Of a DNA stretch of 64,000 nucleotides, positions 10,522 through 20,853 are shown in pieces. The notes beneath the pieces were generated by a model, which ran no database searches, was not told the origin of the DNA, and was given only the letters and a program-made list of their open reading frames with translations. The DNA lies in NCBI GenBank assembly GCA_964488915.1, contig CAZAWU010000001.1, positions 2,749 through 66,748 of the forward strand, in the 5' to 3' direction. Position 1 is the first letter of the stretch. Each line of letters starts with the position of its first letter. A program made the translations under genes and the position numbers. Source of the DNA: an uncultured Burkholderiales bacterium. Its GTDB lineage: Bacteria; Pseudomonadota; Gammaproteobacteria; Burkholderiales; JALYOK01.

Positions 10522-10648
10522 TGTCTCTTAGGTCTGTTCGGAGATCGCGTTCAAGACCTACTCGGTACCGCGAGAGGCTACGCCGCGCAGCGTAGCACCG
10601 TCCAACAATCCGGCGCGACTTGAGCTGCGCCTTAGTTGACTGGTGCTA

Positions 10649-11020
10649 CTACTTTGCTTTGCGCTGCTTCACCGGCAGCGCCCGCGCATACGCCAATGCC
10701 TTGCGCATCACAGCGGTGATCTCGCTCGGCGAACGCTCGAGCGTGTCGGCGATAACCACGTACTCACGCATCGTGCGCCCCATCACGGTAAAAGCGGCAG
10801 CGTCCCCAGCTCGCAACAGTTCGTTGCGATCCGCCTCGGGCAGGCGCACTACCAAACGCTGCTCGTGCAGCCCGGTGAACATGTTGCCGTTCACGAACGC
10901 GCACGGGTAGCCGAACATCTGGCGCCGCTCGACGCCCGCCGCGCTGGGCAGGCAAGCATCGAAGCGGTTGATCAGCTCGGGGCTCGACTTCTGCCACTTC
11001 TTGTTTGCGGTGCTCGACAT
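10649..11020 (-). CDS. TfoX N-terminal domain-containing protein
   Basis: 123 aa. ERRQMFGYPCAFVNGNMFTGLHEQRLVVRL resembles the TfoX_N fold signature. Confidence 0.7.
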   Translation of the reverse strand: MSSTANKKWQKSSPELINRFDACLPSAAGVERRQMFGYPCAFVNGNMFTGLHEQRLVVRLPEADRNELLRAGDAAAFTVMGRTMREYVVIADTLERSPSEITAVMRKALAYARALPVKQRKAK

Positions 11021-11065
11021 CGCGGCGCGCCTATGTGCTCGTGCTGATCGCGCGATTTGTGCTCA

Positions 11066-11935
11066 TCAGTACCCGCGGCCCCAATACTCGCAAAAGCGCT
11101 CCACATTGCCCGGAAGCCAGGCTTCATAGTTAGCCCATTTCTCATACTGCGGCAGCTTCACTTCCTTAATTGCTTGATCGAAGCACTTACCCGCCGCCGC
11201 TAACGGCTTCACTGCTTCCGAAACGTCGCTCATGTACTGCTTGAGCGCGCGCACGTCGTCCTTGCTGCCAAACCGCCCGCCGGCGTAGGGGTGGCCCGGA
11301 ATCATGCGCTCCCATTCGAGCGCCAGCACGCGATCGAGCGAATCGAACCAATCGGGGAGGTAACCGTCGGGCATGTCGCGAAACTGCACCGATTCGATCG
11401 GAATAAAGTCCACCGCAAACAAGATCTTCTCTGTTGGCAGCAGCATGACCAGCGAATTATCGGAATGATTGCGCCCCACGTAGTGCAGTTCCACGCGCAC
11501 GCCGCCGAGCTCGATGACGCGGCTATCGTCCACGCTCTCGTCCGGCAGTACCACCACAGGCGAACGCAGCGTTTCTAGGCGCGCTTTGGCATTGCGATGC
11601 GCGATGAACGTGGCGCCGAGCTTCTTGAACGCTTCGCCGCCGGCGATGTGATCGTAGTGATGATGACTGTAGACGACGTAGCGGATCGGCGCGCTCGTTA
11701 TCTTGCGAATCTCGTCGATGTAGGTCTGCGCCGCTTGCGGGCGCGCCAGCGATATCGGGTCGGTTGCGATTACGCCGTCCGGCGTTACCACGAACAACGA
11801 CTGATGATTTTGGTAGCGAAACACATACACGTTGTCGGAAACCTTGCGCGTCTCGAACAGAGTACCCTGCTGCTGGGCGTGCGCAACGGGCAGACAAGTC
11901 CAGCAAAAACACAGCGCCACGATCAGCTTGCGCAT
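11066..11935 (-). CDS. Secreted MBL-fold metallo-hydrolase
   Basis: HxHxDH motif in YVVYSHHHYDHIAGG. Signal peptide MRKLIVALCFCWTCLPVAHA. ATG 11935 with GGAG upstream is preferred over the TTG at 11953. Confidence 0.85.
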   Translation of the reverse strand: MRKLIVALCFCWTCLPVAHAQQQGTLFETRKVSDNVYVFRYQNHQSLFVVTPDGVIATDPISLARPQAAQTYIDEIRKITSAPIRYVVYSHHHYDHIAGGEAFKKLGATFIAHRNAKARLETLRSPVVVLPDESVDDSRVIELGGVRVELHYVGRNHSDNSLVMLLPTEKILFAVDFIPIESVQFRDMPDGYLPDWFDSLDRVLALEWERMIPGHPYAGGRFGSKDDVRALKQYMSDVSEAVKPLAAAGKCFDQAIKEVKLPQYEKWANYEAWLPGNVERFCEYWGRGY

Positions 11936-12148
11936 TGGCTTCTCCGAGAACAAAGGAATAGTTTACGCCTTCCCACAGCTCGCTCGCCCCGAGACCGGGC
12001 AATGAGGATAGATCATTGCCGAGTCAGTCATTTCTCTGGGACAGGCGCGCTATACTCGTTGCCGTCACGCCAGGCGTGGCTGCTGCGCCTCGATCGCCTT
12101 AGAACAATCTCGCCGCGGCACTCAACAGATCTGCTTAAAGGAGGCGCC

Positions 12149-13249
12149 ATGCACTACACCAAACTTGCCCGTTTCGCGTTCGCCGCCGCGCTAGCTTTCT
12201 GCGCCGCGCTCTATACGCTGCCGCTCCGCGCGGACGGAGGCCAGCGCATTAGTCAGCACGGCAAAGGCACCGCATCCGTACTGGTCGCCAACAGCCGCGG
12301 GAATAACATTCTGCGCTACGATCAACACGCCGGACGCTTCTTGGGCGAACTGGTGCCGGCCGGCGCTGGTGGCTTGTTTCACCCGGACACCATGATCATC
12401 GGCCCGGATGGACGCCTGTTCGTGTCTAGCGGCGAAACGTTGGCGGATTCGGCTATCCTGCGTTTCGACGCCTGCAGCGGCGCGTTCGCGGGCGTGTTCG
12501 CATCCGGCAACGGACTGCGGCGTCCCTACGGCATGGCGGCCGGTCCCGATGGCAAGTTCTACGTCGCGAGCTTCTTGAGCGATCAGATTCTGCGCTTCAA
12601 TGCCGCCACCGGCGCGTTCATCGACGTGTTCGCCGCCGGTAACGGCCAGCCGGGCGGACTGAACGGTCCGAACAGTCTGTTGTTCGATGAACACGGCGCG
12701 CTGTATGTCTCCACCGAAGGCAGCATCGCGGTCGATGGCGTGGCCACCTTCCCCGGTTTGCCGAGCCAGATTTTGAAGTTCGATATCCGCACCGGGACTT
12801 CGTCGGTGTTTGCCGATCAACCGCCGCCATCGGCGGAAGGCTTCGGCTTCGTCAGCCTACTCGGCTTGGCCTTCGGCCCGAACTGCGAACGCTCACGCAG
12901 CGGCAACCGGCTCGGCCACTGCGACTTATTCGTCAGCGATTTCGCGGGCGACGTGCGCCGCTACAACGGCGAAGGGCAAATCGTGCAGGTCTTGTCTACC
13001 AACTACACCGGCACCATCCCTAGCCAGAATTTCGTCGGCGGTTTGTCGTTCGGCAAGCGCAATCTATTCGTCGCCGCGTTCAACAACGCCCTTGACGGCA
13101 ACCCGGGCGCCGTCTTGCGTTACGACGGCCACAGCGGCGTCCCCCTCGCAGCGCCTGGACAAAACGGCGCGGTGTTCGCGCCGCAAAACGCCGCTCTCGC
13201 GCGGCCGATCGGCATACTCGCGCTCAACGAGGGATGCAAGCGGTGGTAG
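12149..13249 (+). CDS. Secreted NHL/beta-propeller repeat protein
   Basis: The first 552 nt of track ORF 11597..13249 run mostly antisense to the MBL gene. Trimmed to ATG 12149 with AAAGGAGG RBS. Signal peptide MHYTKLARFAFAAALAFCAALYTLPLRA. Recurrent units xxILR(Y/F)(D/N)xxxGxFxxxF...P.G(M/L)..GPDG.(L/F)(F/Y)V(S/A)S. Confidence 0.7.
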   Translation: MHYTKLARFAFAAALAFCAALYTLPLRADGGQRISQHGKGTASVLVANSRGNNILRYDQHAGRFLGELVPAGAGGLFHPDTMIIGPDGRLFVSSGETLADSAILRFDACSGAFAGVFASGNGLRRPYGMAAGPDGKFYVASFLSDQILRFNAATGAFIDVFAAGNGQPGGLNGPNSLLFDEHGALYVSTEGSIAVDGVATFPGLPSQILKFDIRTGTSSVFADQPPPSAEGFGFVSLLGLAFGPNCERSRSGNRLGHCDLFVSDFAGDVRRYNGEGQIVQVLSTNYTGTIPSQNFVGGLSFGKRNLFVAAFNNALDGNPGAVLRYDGHSGVPLAAPGQNGAVFAPQNAALARPIGILALNEGCKRW

Positions 13250-13352
13250 CAGCACTACGCACAGGGTATGGCCGAACCCTGATTTTTTCCCCGTTTTTGC
13301 TTGCTCGGGCCGAATTCACCACTGCGCCTCTTTATACTTTCTTCTCCGAAGC

Positions 13353-13730
13353 ATGGAATTGCCAATGCCCGCCGCGAAACGAAGTTGCAGTCTCCCCGAC
13401 TTGAGTGCCGCCCTCGCCCGCTTCGCCGACGAGCGCGATTGGGATCAATTTCACAACCCGAAAAACCTGGTGATGGCCTTGATCGCCGAGGCCGGCGAAT
13501 TGGTTGAACATTTCCAATGGTTAACGCCGCAGCAAGCCACCGATCTGCCCGAAACAATCAAGCAGGAAGTGGCTCTGGAGATCGCCGACGTACTCTTGTT
13601 CTTGCTGCGCTTAGCAGACAAGCTCGGTATCGATCCGATCGATGCGGCGTACGACAAGCTCGAATTGAACGCGAAGAAGTACCCGGTTGCGAAGGCGAAG
13701 GGACGGGCGACGAAGTATACAAAGCTATGA
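13353..13730 (+). CDS. MazG-like nucleotide pyrophosphohydrolase
   Basis: Track ORF 12810..13730 trimmed to ATG 13353. FADERDWDQFHNPKNLVMALIAEAGELVEHFQW ... EIADVLLFLLRLADKLGIDP is the MazG/dCTP-pyrophosphatase-type four-helix motif pair. Confidence 0.8.
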   Translation: MELPMPAAKRSCSLPDLSAALARFADERDWDQFHNPKNLVMALIAEAGELVEHFQWLTPQQATDLPETIKQEVALEIADVLLFLLRLADKLGIDPIDAAYDKLELNAKKYPVAKAKGRATKYTKL

Positions 13731-13828
13731 CAGGTGCAGCGTGACGGGTGACGAGTGATGCGATGAGCCTGTCACCCGTCACGCCTAGCCGTCATTGGTC
13801 ATCTCTCATTGCTAACAACCACGACACC

Positions 13829-14722
13829 ATGCTCTCCTACCGCCATCTCTTCCACGCCGGCAACTTCGCCGATGTGTTCAAGCACGCCCTGCTTGCGCAG
13901 TTGTTGGTGGCGCTTCATAAAAAGCAGACGCCGTTCTGCTATCTCGATACGCACGCCGGCACCGCGCTCTACGATCTGGGCCACGCGTGGGCGCAGAAGG
14001 CGCGGGAGCATGAGCAAGGCGTGGCACTGATGTGGCAACGCGAGGATGCCCCGGCGGCGCTCGCACCTTATCTCGAAGTAGTGCGGCGCGACAATCCCGA
14101 CGGCAGACTGCGCTGGTACCCGGGCTCGCCGCGGATCGCGCGTGCGCTGCTGCGTGGGCAAGACCGGATGGTGTTGAGCGAACTAAACGTAGAGGATTGC
14201 GCCAAGCTGGAAGCGGTGTTCGCGAGCGACGCGCAAACTACAGTGCGCCATATGGACGGCTACGACGCGCTGAAGATGTACGTGCCGCCACGCGAGAAGC
14301 GCGGGCTGGTGCTGATCGATTCGGGTTTCGACCAGCGCGAGGAGTTTGCGCGCTTGGTGCAGGCGCTAAGGCTTGCTTATGCGCGCTGGGACACGGGCAT
14401 GTACGCGCTGTGGTATCCGCTCATGCATCGCGGGGTCATGCGCCGCTTCGAGCGGCTGGTGGCCGAGAGCGGCGTGCGCAAAATCATGCGCGCCGAGTTG
14501 GCGCTGCACCCCGAGACTTGGACCATGACCATGCGCGGCTGCGGCATGCTGATCGTCAATCCGCCGTGGCAATTCGAACAAACCATGCGGCCGGTGTTGA
14601 AGTGGTTGTGGGAGGCGCTGTCACCTGCGCGCGAAGGCGGCGTACACGTCGATTGGCTGGTACCCGAAGCACCGCAGAAAACGGTGCGAACGCCGCAAAG
14701 AGCCAATACTAGGGTCAGATAA
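13829..14722 (+). CDS. rlmJ: 23S rRNA (adenine2030-N6)-methyltransferase
   Basis: MLSYRHLFHAGNFADVFKHALL... is the characteristic RlmJ N-terminus, and NPPW is present (LIVNPPWQFE). Trimmed to ATG 13829. Confidence 0.85.
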   Translation: MLSYRHLFHAGNFADVFKHALLAQLLVALHKKQTPFCYLDTHAGTALYDLGHAWAQKAREHEQGVALMWQREDAPAALAPYLEVVRRDNPDGRLRWYPGSPRIARALLRGQDRMVLSELNVEDCAKLEAVFASDAQTTVRHMDGYDALKMYVPPREKRGLVLIDSGFDQREEFARLVQALRLAYARWDTGMYALWYPLMHRGVMRRFERLVAESGVRKIMRAELALHPETWTMTMRGCGMLIVNPPWQFEQTMRPVLKWLWEALSPAREGGVHVDWLVPEAPQKTVRTPQRANTRVR

Positions 14723-14755
14723 CCCTAGACAATCTCCTCACCATTGATTTACGGG

Positions 14756-15235
14756 TTAATCCTCTCGCCAGTGTCCGGATTTTCCACCTAATTTCTCCAC
14801 CAACCGGACGTTGTCCATGCGCATGCCGCGGTCGACCGCCTTGCACATGTCATAGATGGTAAGCAAGCCGATTTGCACCGCAGTCAGCGCCTCCATCTCG
14901 ACGCCGGTGCGCCCGAACGTCTCGGCGGTGACCTCACAATCGACCGCGTTGGTAGTGGCGTCGATTTCGAACTCCGCGCTCACGCGCGTGAGCGGCAGCG
15001 GGTGACACAGTGGGATCAACTCCGAGGTGCGTTTGGCCGCTTGGATCGCCGCGATGCGCGCCACGCCCAGCACATCGCCCTTCTTCGCGCCGCCGGCTTG
15101 GATCATCGCCAGCGTCGCCGGCTGCATGACGATGCGCCCGCGCGCGCGCGCCACGCGGTGCGTCTCCGCCTTCGCCGCCACGTCCACCATATGCGCTTGT
15201 CCGCGTTCATCGAAGTGCGTGAGCTTATCGTTCAT
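14756..15235 (-). CDS. moaC: Cyclic pyranopterin monophosphate synthase
   Basis: 159 aa. [43 protein letters not shown] and EMEALTAV are canonical MoaC. Confidence 0.95.
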   Translation of the reverse strand: MNDKLTHFDERGQAHMVDVAAKAETHRVARARGRIVMQPATLAMIQAGGAKKGDVLGVARIAAIQAAKRTSELIPLCHPLPLTRVSAEFEIDATTNAVDCEVTAETFGRTGVEMEALTAVQIGLLTIYDMCKAVDRGMRMDNVRLVEKLGGKSGHWRED

Positions 15236-15296
15236 GGCTAGCTGCGGAGTATGGGGCTTTGGGGAACTTGAAAGCTGATCGCGTTATCATACCAGC

Positions 15297-16784
15297 ATGA
15301 ATTTTCGCCGCTTTTGCTCTAGGACGCGAGCGCCGCAGCGGCGCGCGCTGGCGGCTTGCCTGGCGCTCGGCATGGCGCTGCAGCCATCGCATTTGCCGGC
15401 GCAAAACCTTCCCGATCTCGGTGACAGCTCGCGCAGCGCACTCTCCGCCTCGCAGGAGCGCGCAATCGGCAAGGAGATCATGGGCAAGCTGCGCACCGAC
15501 AATAACTACATGGACGACCCCGAAGCGCTCGACTATATCAACCGTCTCGGCGGCAAGCTGCTCGCTGCCAATCCGGAAGGCCGCCAAGACTTCGAGTTCT
15601 TCGTTATGCGCGATACTTCGTTGAACGCGTTCGCACTGCCGGGCGGCTATATCGGCGTACACACCGGGCTGGTCACGGCGGCGGAGAACGAATCGGAGCT
15701 TGCGAGCGTGCTCGCGCACGAAATCGCACACGTGACGCAGCATCACATCGCGCGCCTGGTCCAGGGTAGTCAAGCCAGTGCGCTGACGACGCTGGCGGCT
15801 GTCGCGGTGGCGATACTGGCCGCGCGCTCTAACTCGCAAGCAAGCCAGGCCGCGATCGCAGCGGCGCAAGCCAGTGCGATCCAAAGCCAACTGGATTTCA
15901 CGCGCGAGCACGAGCGCGAGGCCGACCGCATTGGCCTGCATACTCTCACGCAAGCCGGCTTCGATGCGCGCGCGATGCGCAGTTTTTTCGAGCGCTTGCA
16001 ACGCTATTCACGCCCCTACGAAAGCAATGCGCCTTCGTATCTGCGCACACATCCGGTCACCACCGAACGTATCGCGGATGTCGAGAACCGCTTGGCGCAG
16101 GTGCCGTACAGACAAGTCGTGGACAACCTTGAGTTTCAGTTGATTCGCGCGCGCTTGCGGGCGTTTTCGCTCGCCCCGCGCGAAGCGGTCAAGCTGTTCG
16201 ATTCCGCGCCGGCCGAGAAAACGCCCATCGCACTCGCGGCCCATGCCTACGGCCAGGCCTTGGCGTTGTATCGCGCCAACGACCTCGCGCGTGCCGACGA
16301 GACGCTCGCGCCCGCGCGCAAGCAGTCAAGCGCGTTGATCGAAAGTTTGGCCGCACAAATCAAGCTAGGGCTAGGCCAAAAAGCCGAAGCGCTCGCGCTC
16401 TATCGCGACGCGGTCAAGCGCTTTCCGGACGCACGTGCGCTAAACTACGGTTACATCGAAGCGCTGCTGAGCGACCGCCGCAGCGACGCCGCACTGAAGT
16501 TGGTCAACGATCGGCTGCAACTCACCAGCGGCGATGCACATTTGCATGAGCTGCAGGCACGCTGCTACGCCGCTTTGGGGCAGCGCTTCCGCCAGCACCG
16601 CGCGCAGGCTGAGGCGTATGCACAGCGCGGCCAACTCGGCGCGGCGATCGAACAATTGCAGTTGGCGCTGCGCGCGCGCGACGGTGATTTCTACGAAACC
16701 TCGAACGCGGAAGCGCGTCTGAAAGAACTGCAAAGCGCGCTGCAGGCTGAACGCAAAAGCCAACCCAACGCGCGAGCGAACTAG
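15297..16784 (+). CDS. bepA: Periplasmic M48 metalloprotease with TPR domain (BepA/YfgC-like)
   Basis: 495 aa. Signal peptide, HExxH in LAHEIAHVTQHH, downstream EREADRIG, TPR-like C-terminal half. Confidence 0.8.
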   Translation: MNFRRFCSRTRAPQRRALAACLALGMALQPSHLPAQNLPDLGDSSRSALSASQERAIGKEIMGKLRTDNNYMDDPEALDYINRLGGKLLAANPEGRQDFEFFVMRDTSLNAFALPGGYIGVHTGLVTAAENESELASVLAHEIAHVTQHHIARLVQGSQASALTTLAAVAVAILAARSNSQASQAAIAAAQASAIQSQLDFTREHEREADRIGLHTLTQAGFDARAMRSFFERLQRYSRPYESNAPSYLRTHPVTTERIADVENRLAQVPYRQVVDNLEFQLIRARLRAFSLAPREAVKLFDSAPAEKTPIALAAHAYGQALALYRANDLARADETLAPARKQSSALIESLAAQIKLGLGQKAEALALYRDAVKRFPDARALNYGYIEALLSDRRSDAALKLVNDRLQLTSGDAHLHELQARCYAALGQRFRQHRAQAEAYAQRGQLGAAIEQLQLALRARDGDFYETSNAEARLKELQSALQAERKSQPNARAN

Positions 16785-17173
16785 TGGCGGCAATGCGAAA
16801 CAACGCCACTGCGTCGGCATGGCGCGCGACACTGGCGGGGATGCTCGGCCTGGGCATTGCGGCATGCGCCGGTAACGGCGGCGACGGCAGCGTTAGTGCA
16901 TCGGCTGGGCGCCGCTTGGCGCACGACTGGAGCAAGGGCAACTGTCTCGCATGCCACAAGATTCCAGGAGACGCACAAGCCATCACGTCTGCGGACATCG
17001 GCCCGCCGTTGCAGGATATCAAAGCCCGCTTCCCGAATCGCGACAAACTGCGTGCGCAAATCTGGGATGCGCGTGGCGTCAACCCCGATACCGTGATGCC
17101 GCCGTTCGGGGCCGCGCACATCTTGACGGAAAACGAAATTGATAAAATCGTCGACTATCTTTACATCTTCTAG
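16784..17173 (+). CDS. soxX: Sulfur-oxidation c-type cytochrome SoxX
   Basis: 129 aa. Single heme motif CLACH in GNCLACHKIPG, then MPPFG. Possible lipobox GIAAC. GTG 16784 overlaps the bepA stop by 1 nt (alternative ATG 16793). Confidence 0.8.
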   Translation: MAAMRNNATASAWRATLAGMLGLGIAACAGNGGDGSVSASAGRRLAHDWSKGNCLACHKIPGDAQAITSADIGPPLQDIKARFPNRDKLRAQIWDARGVNPDTVMPPFGAAHILTENEIDKIVDYLYIF

Positions 17174-18041
17174 CGCCACTACAGTGTTCCCATCGCGCCG
17201 CCAATGGCTCGCCACCGGCGCGGCATCCGCCGCGTTGACCCTGTTGCGGCGCGCTCCAGGGCTTAGCGCGCTCGCAGCACCAACTTTTCTGAGCAAGGTC
17301 GCGGCCGCGGATGCGCCAGACTGGAATGCCGCCGCCTTCGACGCACGCAACCTTAGGGACGCGCTGCGCCTGTGGGGCATCGCGGAAGTGCAAGAGACCG
17401 CGGACATCGTGTTCCCGAGCGCCTGGGACACCGCCGAGAATGGGGCGGTCGTGCCATTGGAAGTACGCAGCAATATCCCGGACACGGAATCGATCACTTT
17501 GTTCGCCGACAAAAACCCGCAACCGCTGATTGCGAGTTTCAACTTCTTCAATGGCACCGAGACGTATGTATCGACGCGCGTCAAGCTCGGCGAGACGACG
17601 CTGGTGCGCGCATATGTCAAAGCGGGCGGCAAGCACTATCTGGCAACGAAGCAGATCAAAGTCACCATCGGAGGCTGCGGCGAATACGAAGTCGGCGCGC
17701 CGCCAACGGGCAAGCCTTCGGGCGAGCCGATGCGCACGCGCACGACGCTGCGTGGCGATGTCGCGGAAATCAAGGTCCTGATGAGCCATCCGATGGAGAC
17801 TGGGCGCCGCAAGGATGACAAGGGCAGGCTTATCCCGGCCTATCACATCAAGAACGTCGGCGTCAGCTTGAACGCGCACCCCGTGTTGCAAGCGCAGTGG
17901 GGCACGCCCGTTTCGCGCAATCCCTATCTAGCGGTGCGCGTACGCGGTGCCAAAGCGGGCGACAAAGTGCTGATCGCTTGGATCGACACAGCGGGTGAAA
18001 AGGCGCAGGTCGAAACCGTAGTGGACGTGCCGAAGACGTGA
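17139..18041 (+). CDS. soxYZ: Fused SoxY-SoxZ sulfur carrier protein
   Basis: Tat-type signal SRRQWLATGAASAALTLL. The SoxY body ends in KVTIGGCG, normally the C-terminus, but continues in frame (EYEVGAPPTGKPSGEPM) into a SoxZ body (RTRTTLRGDVAEIKVLMSHPMETGRRKD...). The start may be GTG 17184 rather than 17139. Confidence 0.8.
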   Translation: MIKSSTIFTSSSATTVFPSRRQWLATGAASAALTLLRRAPGLSALAAPTFLSKVAAADAPDWNAAAFDARNLRDALRLWGIAEVQETADIVFPSAWDTAENGAVVPLEVRSNIPDTESITLFADKNPQPLIASFNFFNGTETYVSTRVKLGETTLVRAYVKAGGKHYLATKQIKVTIGGCGEYEVGAPPTGKPSGEPMRTRTTLRGDVAEIKVLMSHPMETGRRKDDKGRLIPAYHIKNVGVSLNAHPVLQAQWGTPVSRNPYLAVRVRGAKAGDKVLIAWIDTAGEKAQVETVVDVPKT

Positions 18042-18883
18042 GGGGGATTGCAGCCGCGTCGCGCGCTCTGGCTGCGCTCCTGGCGGCGCTGATATCTACT
18101 GCGGAGGTCCACGCCGATCCTGCCGCGCAGCGCGCTGAGGTGATCGAGTTCTTTCAGCGTGCGTTTCCACAGTTTCCCCTAGACGACTACGCCCACGGAT
18201 CACTGATGTTTCGCCCGGAGGCGCGCAAGCAGTTCGAGAGCATTATGGAGTTTCCGCCGTTTCTGAGCACAATCGATCGCGGCAAGCAGATGTGGGATCG
18301 GCCCTTCGCCAATGGTAAGCGCCTGGCCGACTGCTTCGAAGACGGCGGACGCGGCGCGGCCGCCAAGTTCCCGCGCTACGATGCGGCACGCGGACAAGTG
18401 GTGACGTTTGAGCTGGCCGTGAACGATTGCTTGCGCACCAATGGCGAGCGGCCGCTGGCGTTTGCCGACATGAACACGATAGGTGCGCTGATGTCTTACG
18501 CGCGTACGCTTTCTGACGGCGCACGCCTCGATGTGCGCGCGGATACTCCGGAAGCGCAAGCGAAGTTGGACGCGGGCAAAGCAATCTACTATCAGCGACG
18601 CGGTCAAATGAATCTTGCCTGCTCTAACTGTCATATCGGCCTGGCCGGGCGCTACATGCGCGATGAGATTATTTCGCCCGTCGTCGGCCAAGCAACACAC
18701 TTCCCGGTGTTTCGCCGCGGCGGGGAAGAGTTGCTTACGGTGCAGGCCTACTTCCGGCGCTGCTTCACGCAGATTCGCGCGACCATACCGGCACTCGGCA
18801 GCGAGACGATGAACAATCTCGAGTACTACCACGCTTACTTGAGCAACGGATTGCCGATGCGCGCTTCGGTGTATCGAAAGTGA
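18038..18883 (+). CDS. soxA: Sulfur-oxidation cytochrome SoxA (single-heme type)
   Basis: 281 aa. Heme motif CSNCH (MNLACSNCHIGLAG) and a candidate distal Cys in AYFRRCFTQIR. No N-terminal second CxxCH. Start overlaps the soxYZ stop. Confidence 0.85.
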   Translation: MRGIAAASRALAALLAALISTAEVHADPAAQRAEVIEFFQRAFPQFPLDDYAHGSLMFRPEARKQFESIMEFPPFLSTIDRGKQMWDRPFANGKRLADCFEDGGRGAAAKFPRYDAARGQVVTFELAVNDCLRTNGERPLAFADMNTIGALMSYARTLSDGARLDVRADTPEAQAKLDAGKAIYYQRRGQMNLACSNCHIGLAGRYMRDEIISPVVGQATHFPVFRRGGEELLTVQAYFRRCFTQIRATIPALGSETMNNLEYYHAYLSNGLPMRASVYRK

Positions 18884-18908
18884 GCCCGTTTCGACGGCAC
18901 AATCGCCC

Positions 18909-20057
18909 ATGAGCTTGCATCCGAGTTGGCCTTTGATTCGGCGCATCATCTTTTGGGTGCTGCTGCTTGCGGGGCTTTCCGCCGTCGCACTTGCCCTGCA
19001 GAAGCGCCCGGAACAAAAGCCGGCTCAGCGCTATCGCACCGAGGCGGTGGACATAGGCGACATCGTGCGCACCATTACGGCGAACGGCACGCTCAATCCC
19101 GTGGTGATCGTCAACGTCGGCACTCAGGTGTCAGGCACGATCGCCAAACTGCACGCGGATTTCAACGATCAAGTACGCGCCGGCCAAGTGTTGGCCGAAC
19201 TCGATCCCGCGTTGCTGCGCGCCGCCTTGCAGCAAGCGATCGCCAACCGCAACAGCGCGCAGGCCGATTTGCAGCTGGCGCGCGTCAAGGAAGCACGCTC
19301 GCGCTCACTGGTGCAGAAGGGATTCCTCGCTCAAGCCGAACTGGACGACGCCGTACAAGCCAGCGCGGCTGCTGCCGCCAAGGTCAAGGCGCTCGATGCG
19401 CAGATCGAGCGTGACAGAGCAAACTTGAACTACAGCGTCATCCGCTCACCGATCTCTGGCGTGGTGGTTGCGCGCAGTGTCGACGTCGGTCAAACAGTTG
19501 CCGCGAGCTTCCAGACGCCCACTTTGTTCCAAATCGCGCAGGACTTAAGAGAAATGCGCATCGAAACCAGCGTCGCCGAGGCTGATATCGGTTTCCTGAA
19601 AGAAGGCCAGCGCGTAACCTTTACCGTCGACGCTTATGCGGACCAGGTGTTCGACGGTGTGATCAAGCAGGTACGGCTTAATCCTACCATCCAGCAAAAC
19701 GTGGTGACCTACAACGCGGTGGTATCCGCCGCCAACCCGGAAGCGAAGCTGCTGCCAGGCATGACCGCACATGTACGCGCGGAAGCGCAGCGCCGCGATG
19801 GTGTGCTGCGCGTACCCAACGCAGCGTTACGGTATAAACCACGCGATAGCGATACTAAAGATAGTGTCATCCCAGGACAAACTGTTCACCTGATTTCAGA
19901 GGGCAAACTAACGACAGTACAAATCAAACCTGGCTTATCCGACGGCACGCATACGGAAGTCCTGGGCGGTGCGCTCAAAGCGGGCGACCAGGTTGTGGTG
20001 CGCGAAGCGCAGAGCGGAAGAACTGAGTCCTCCAACTTCCGCATCCGCATGTTCTGA
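18909..20057 (+). CDS. Efflux periplasmic adaptor (HlyD/MacA family)
   Basis: 382 aa. N-terminal TM, lipoyl-like halves (GTIAKLHADFNDQVRAGQVLAELD / IRSPISGVVVARSV) flanking a coiled coil, beta-barrel C-terminus. Confidence 0.85.
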   Translation: MSLHPSWPLIRRIIFWVLLLAGLSAVALALQKRPEQKPAQRYRTEAVDIGDIVRTITANGTLNPVVIVNVGTQVSGTIAKLHADFNDQVRAGQVLAELDPALLRAALQQAIANRNSAQADLQLARVKEARSRSLVQKGFLAQAELDDAVQASAAAAAKVKALDAQIERDRANLNYSVIRSPISGVVVARSVDVGQTVAASFQTPTLFQIAQDLREMRIETSVAEADIGFLKEGQRVTFTVDAYADQVFDGVIKQVRLNPTIQQNVVTYNAVVSAANPEAKLLPGMTAHVRAEAQRRDGVLRVPNAALRYKPRDSDTKDSVIPGQTVHLISEGKLTTVQIKPGLSDGTHTEVLGGALKAGDQVVVREAQSGRTESSNFRIRMF

Positions 20058-20073
20058 CGCGGGCTGAACTCGC

Positions 20074-20849
<776 letters not shown>

Positions 20850-20853
<4 letters not shown>

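Noticed and set aside
11597-12148. N-terminal 184 codons of the 550-aa track ORF 11597..13249
   Set aside because: This part runs mostly antisense to the MBL hydrolase gene and is Arg-rich nonsense. A proper ATG with AAAGGAGG RBS and a signal peptide occurs at 12149.
12810-13352. N-terminal 181 codons of track ORF 12810..13730
   Set aside because: They overlap the 3' end of the beta-propeller gene in another frame and are Ser/Ala/Arg-rich. The recognisable MazG-like domain starts at ATG 13353.
16781-17891. Large minus-strand ORFs (283 aa, 270 aa, 199 aa) across the sox genes
   Set aside because: They are antisense to soxX/soxYZ, which have clear heme, Tat and GGCG motifs. The minus-strand frames have no motifs and an Arg/Ala bias.
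19851-19865. Exact 15-mer gatactaaagatagt shared between the macA-like gene (19851-19865) and the aceE-aceF spacer (31057-31071)
   Set aside because: Roughly one to two chance 15-mer matches are expected in a 64-kb self-comparison. The flanks do not extend the match, and one copy is inside a coding frame.
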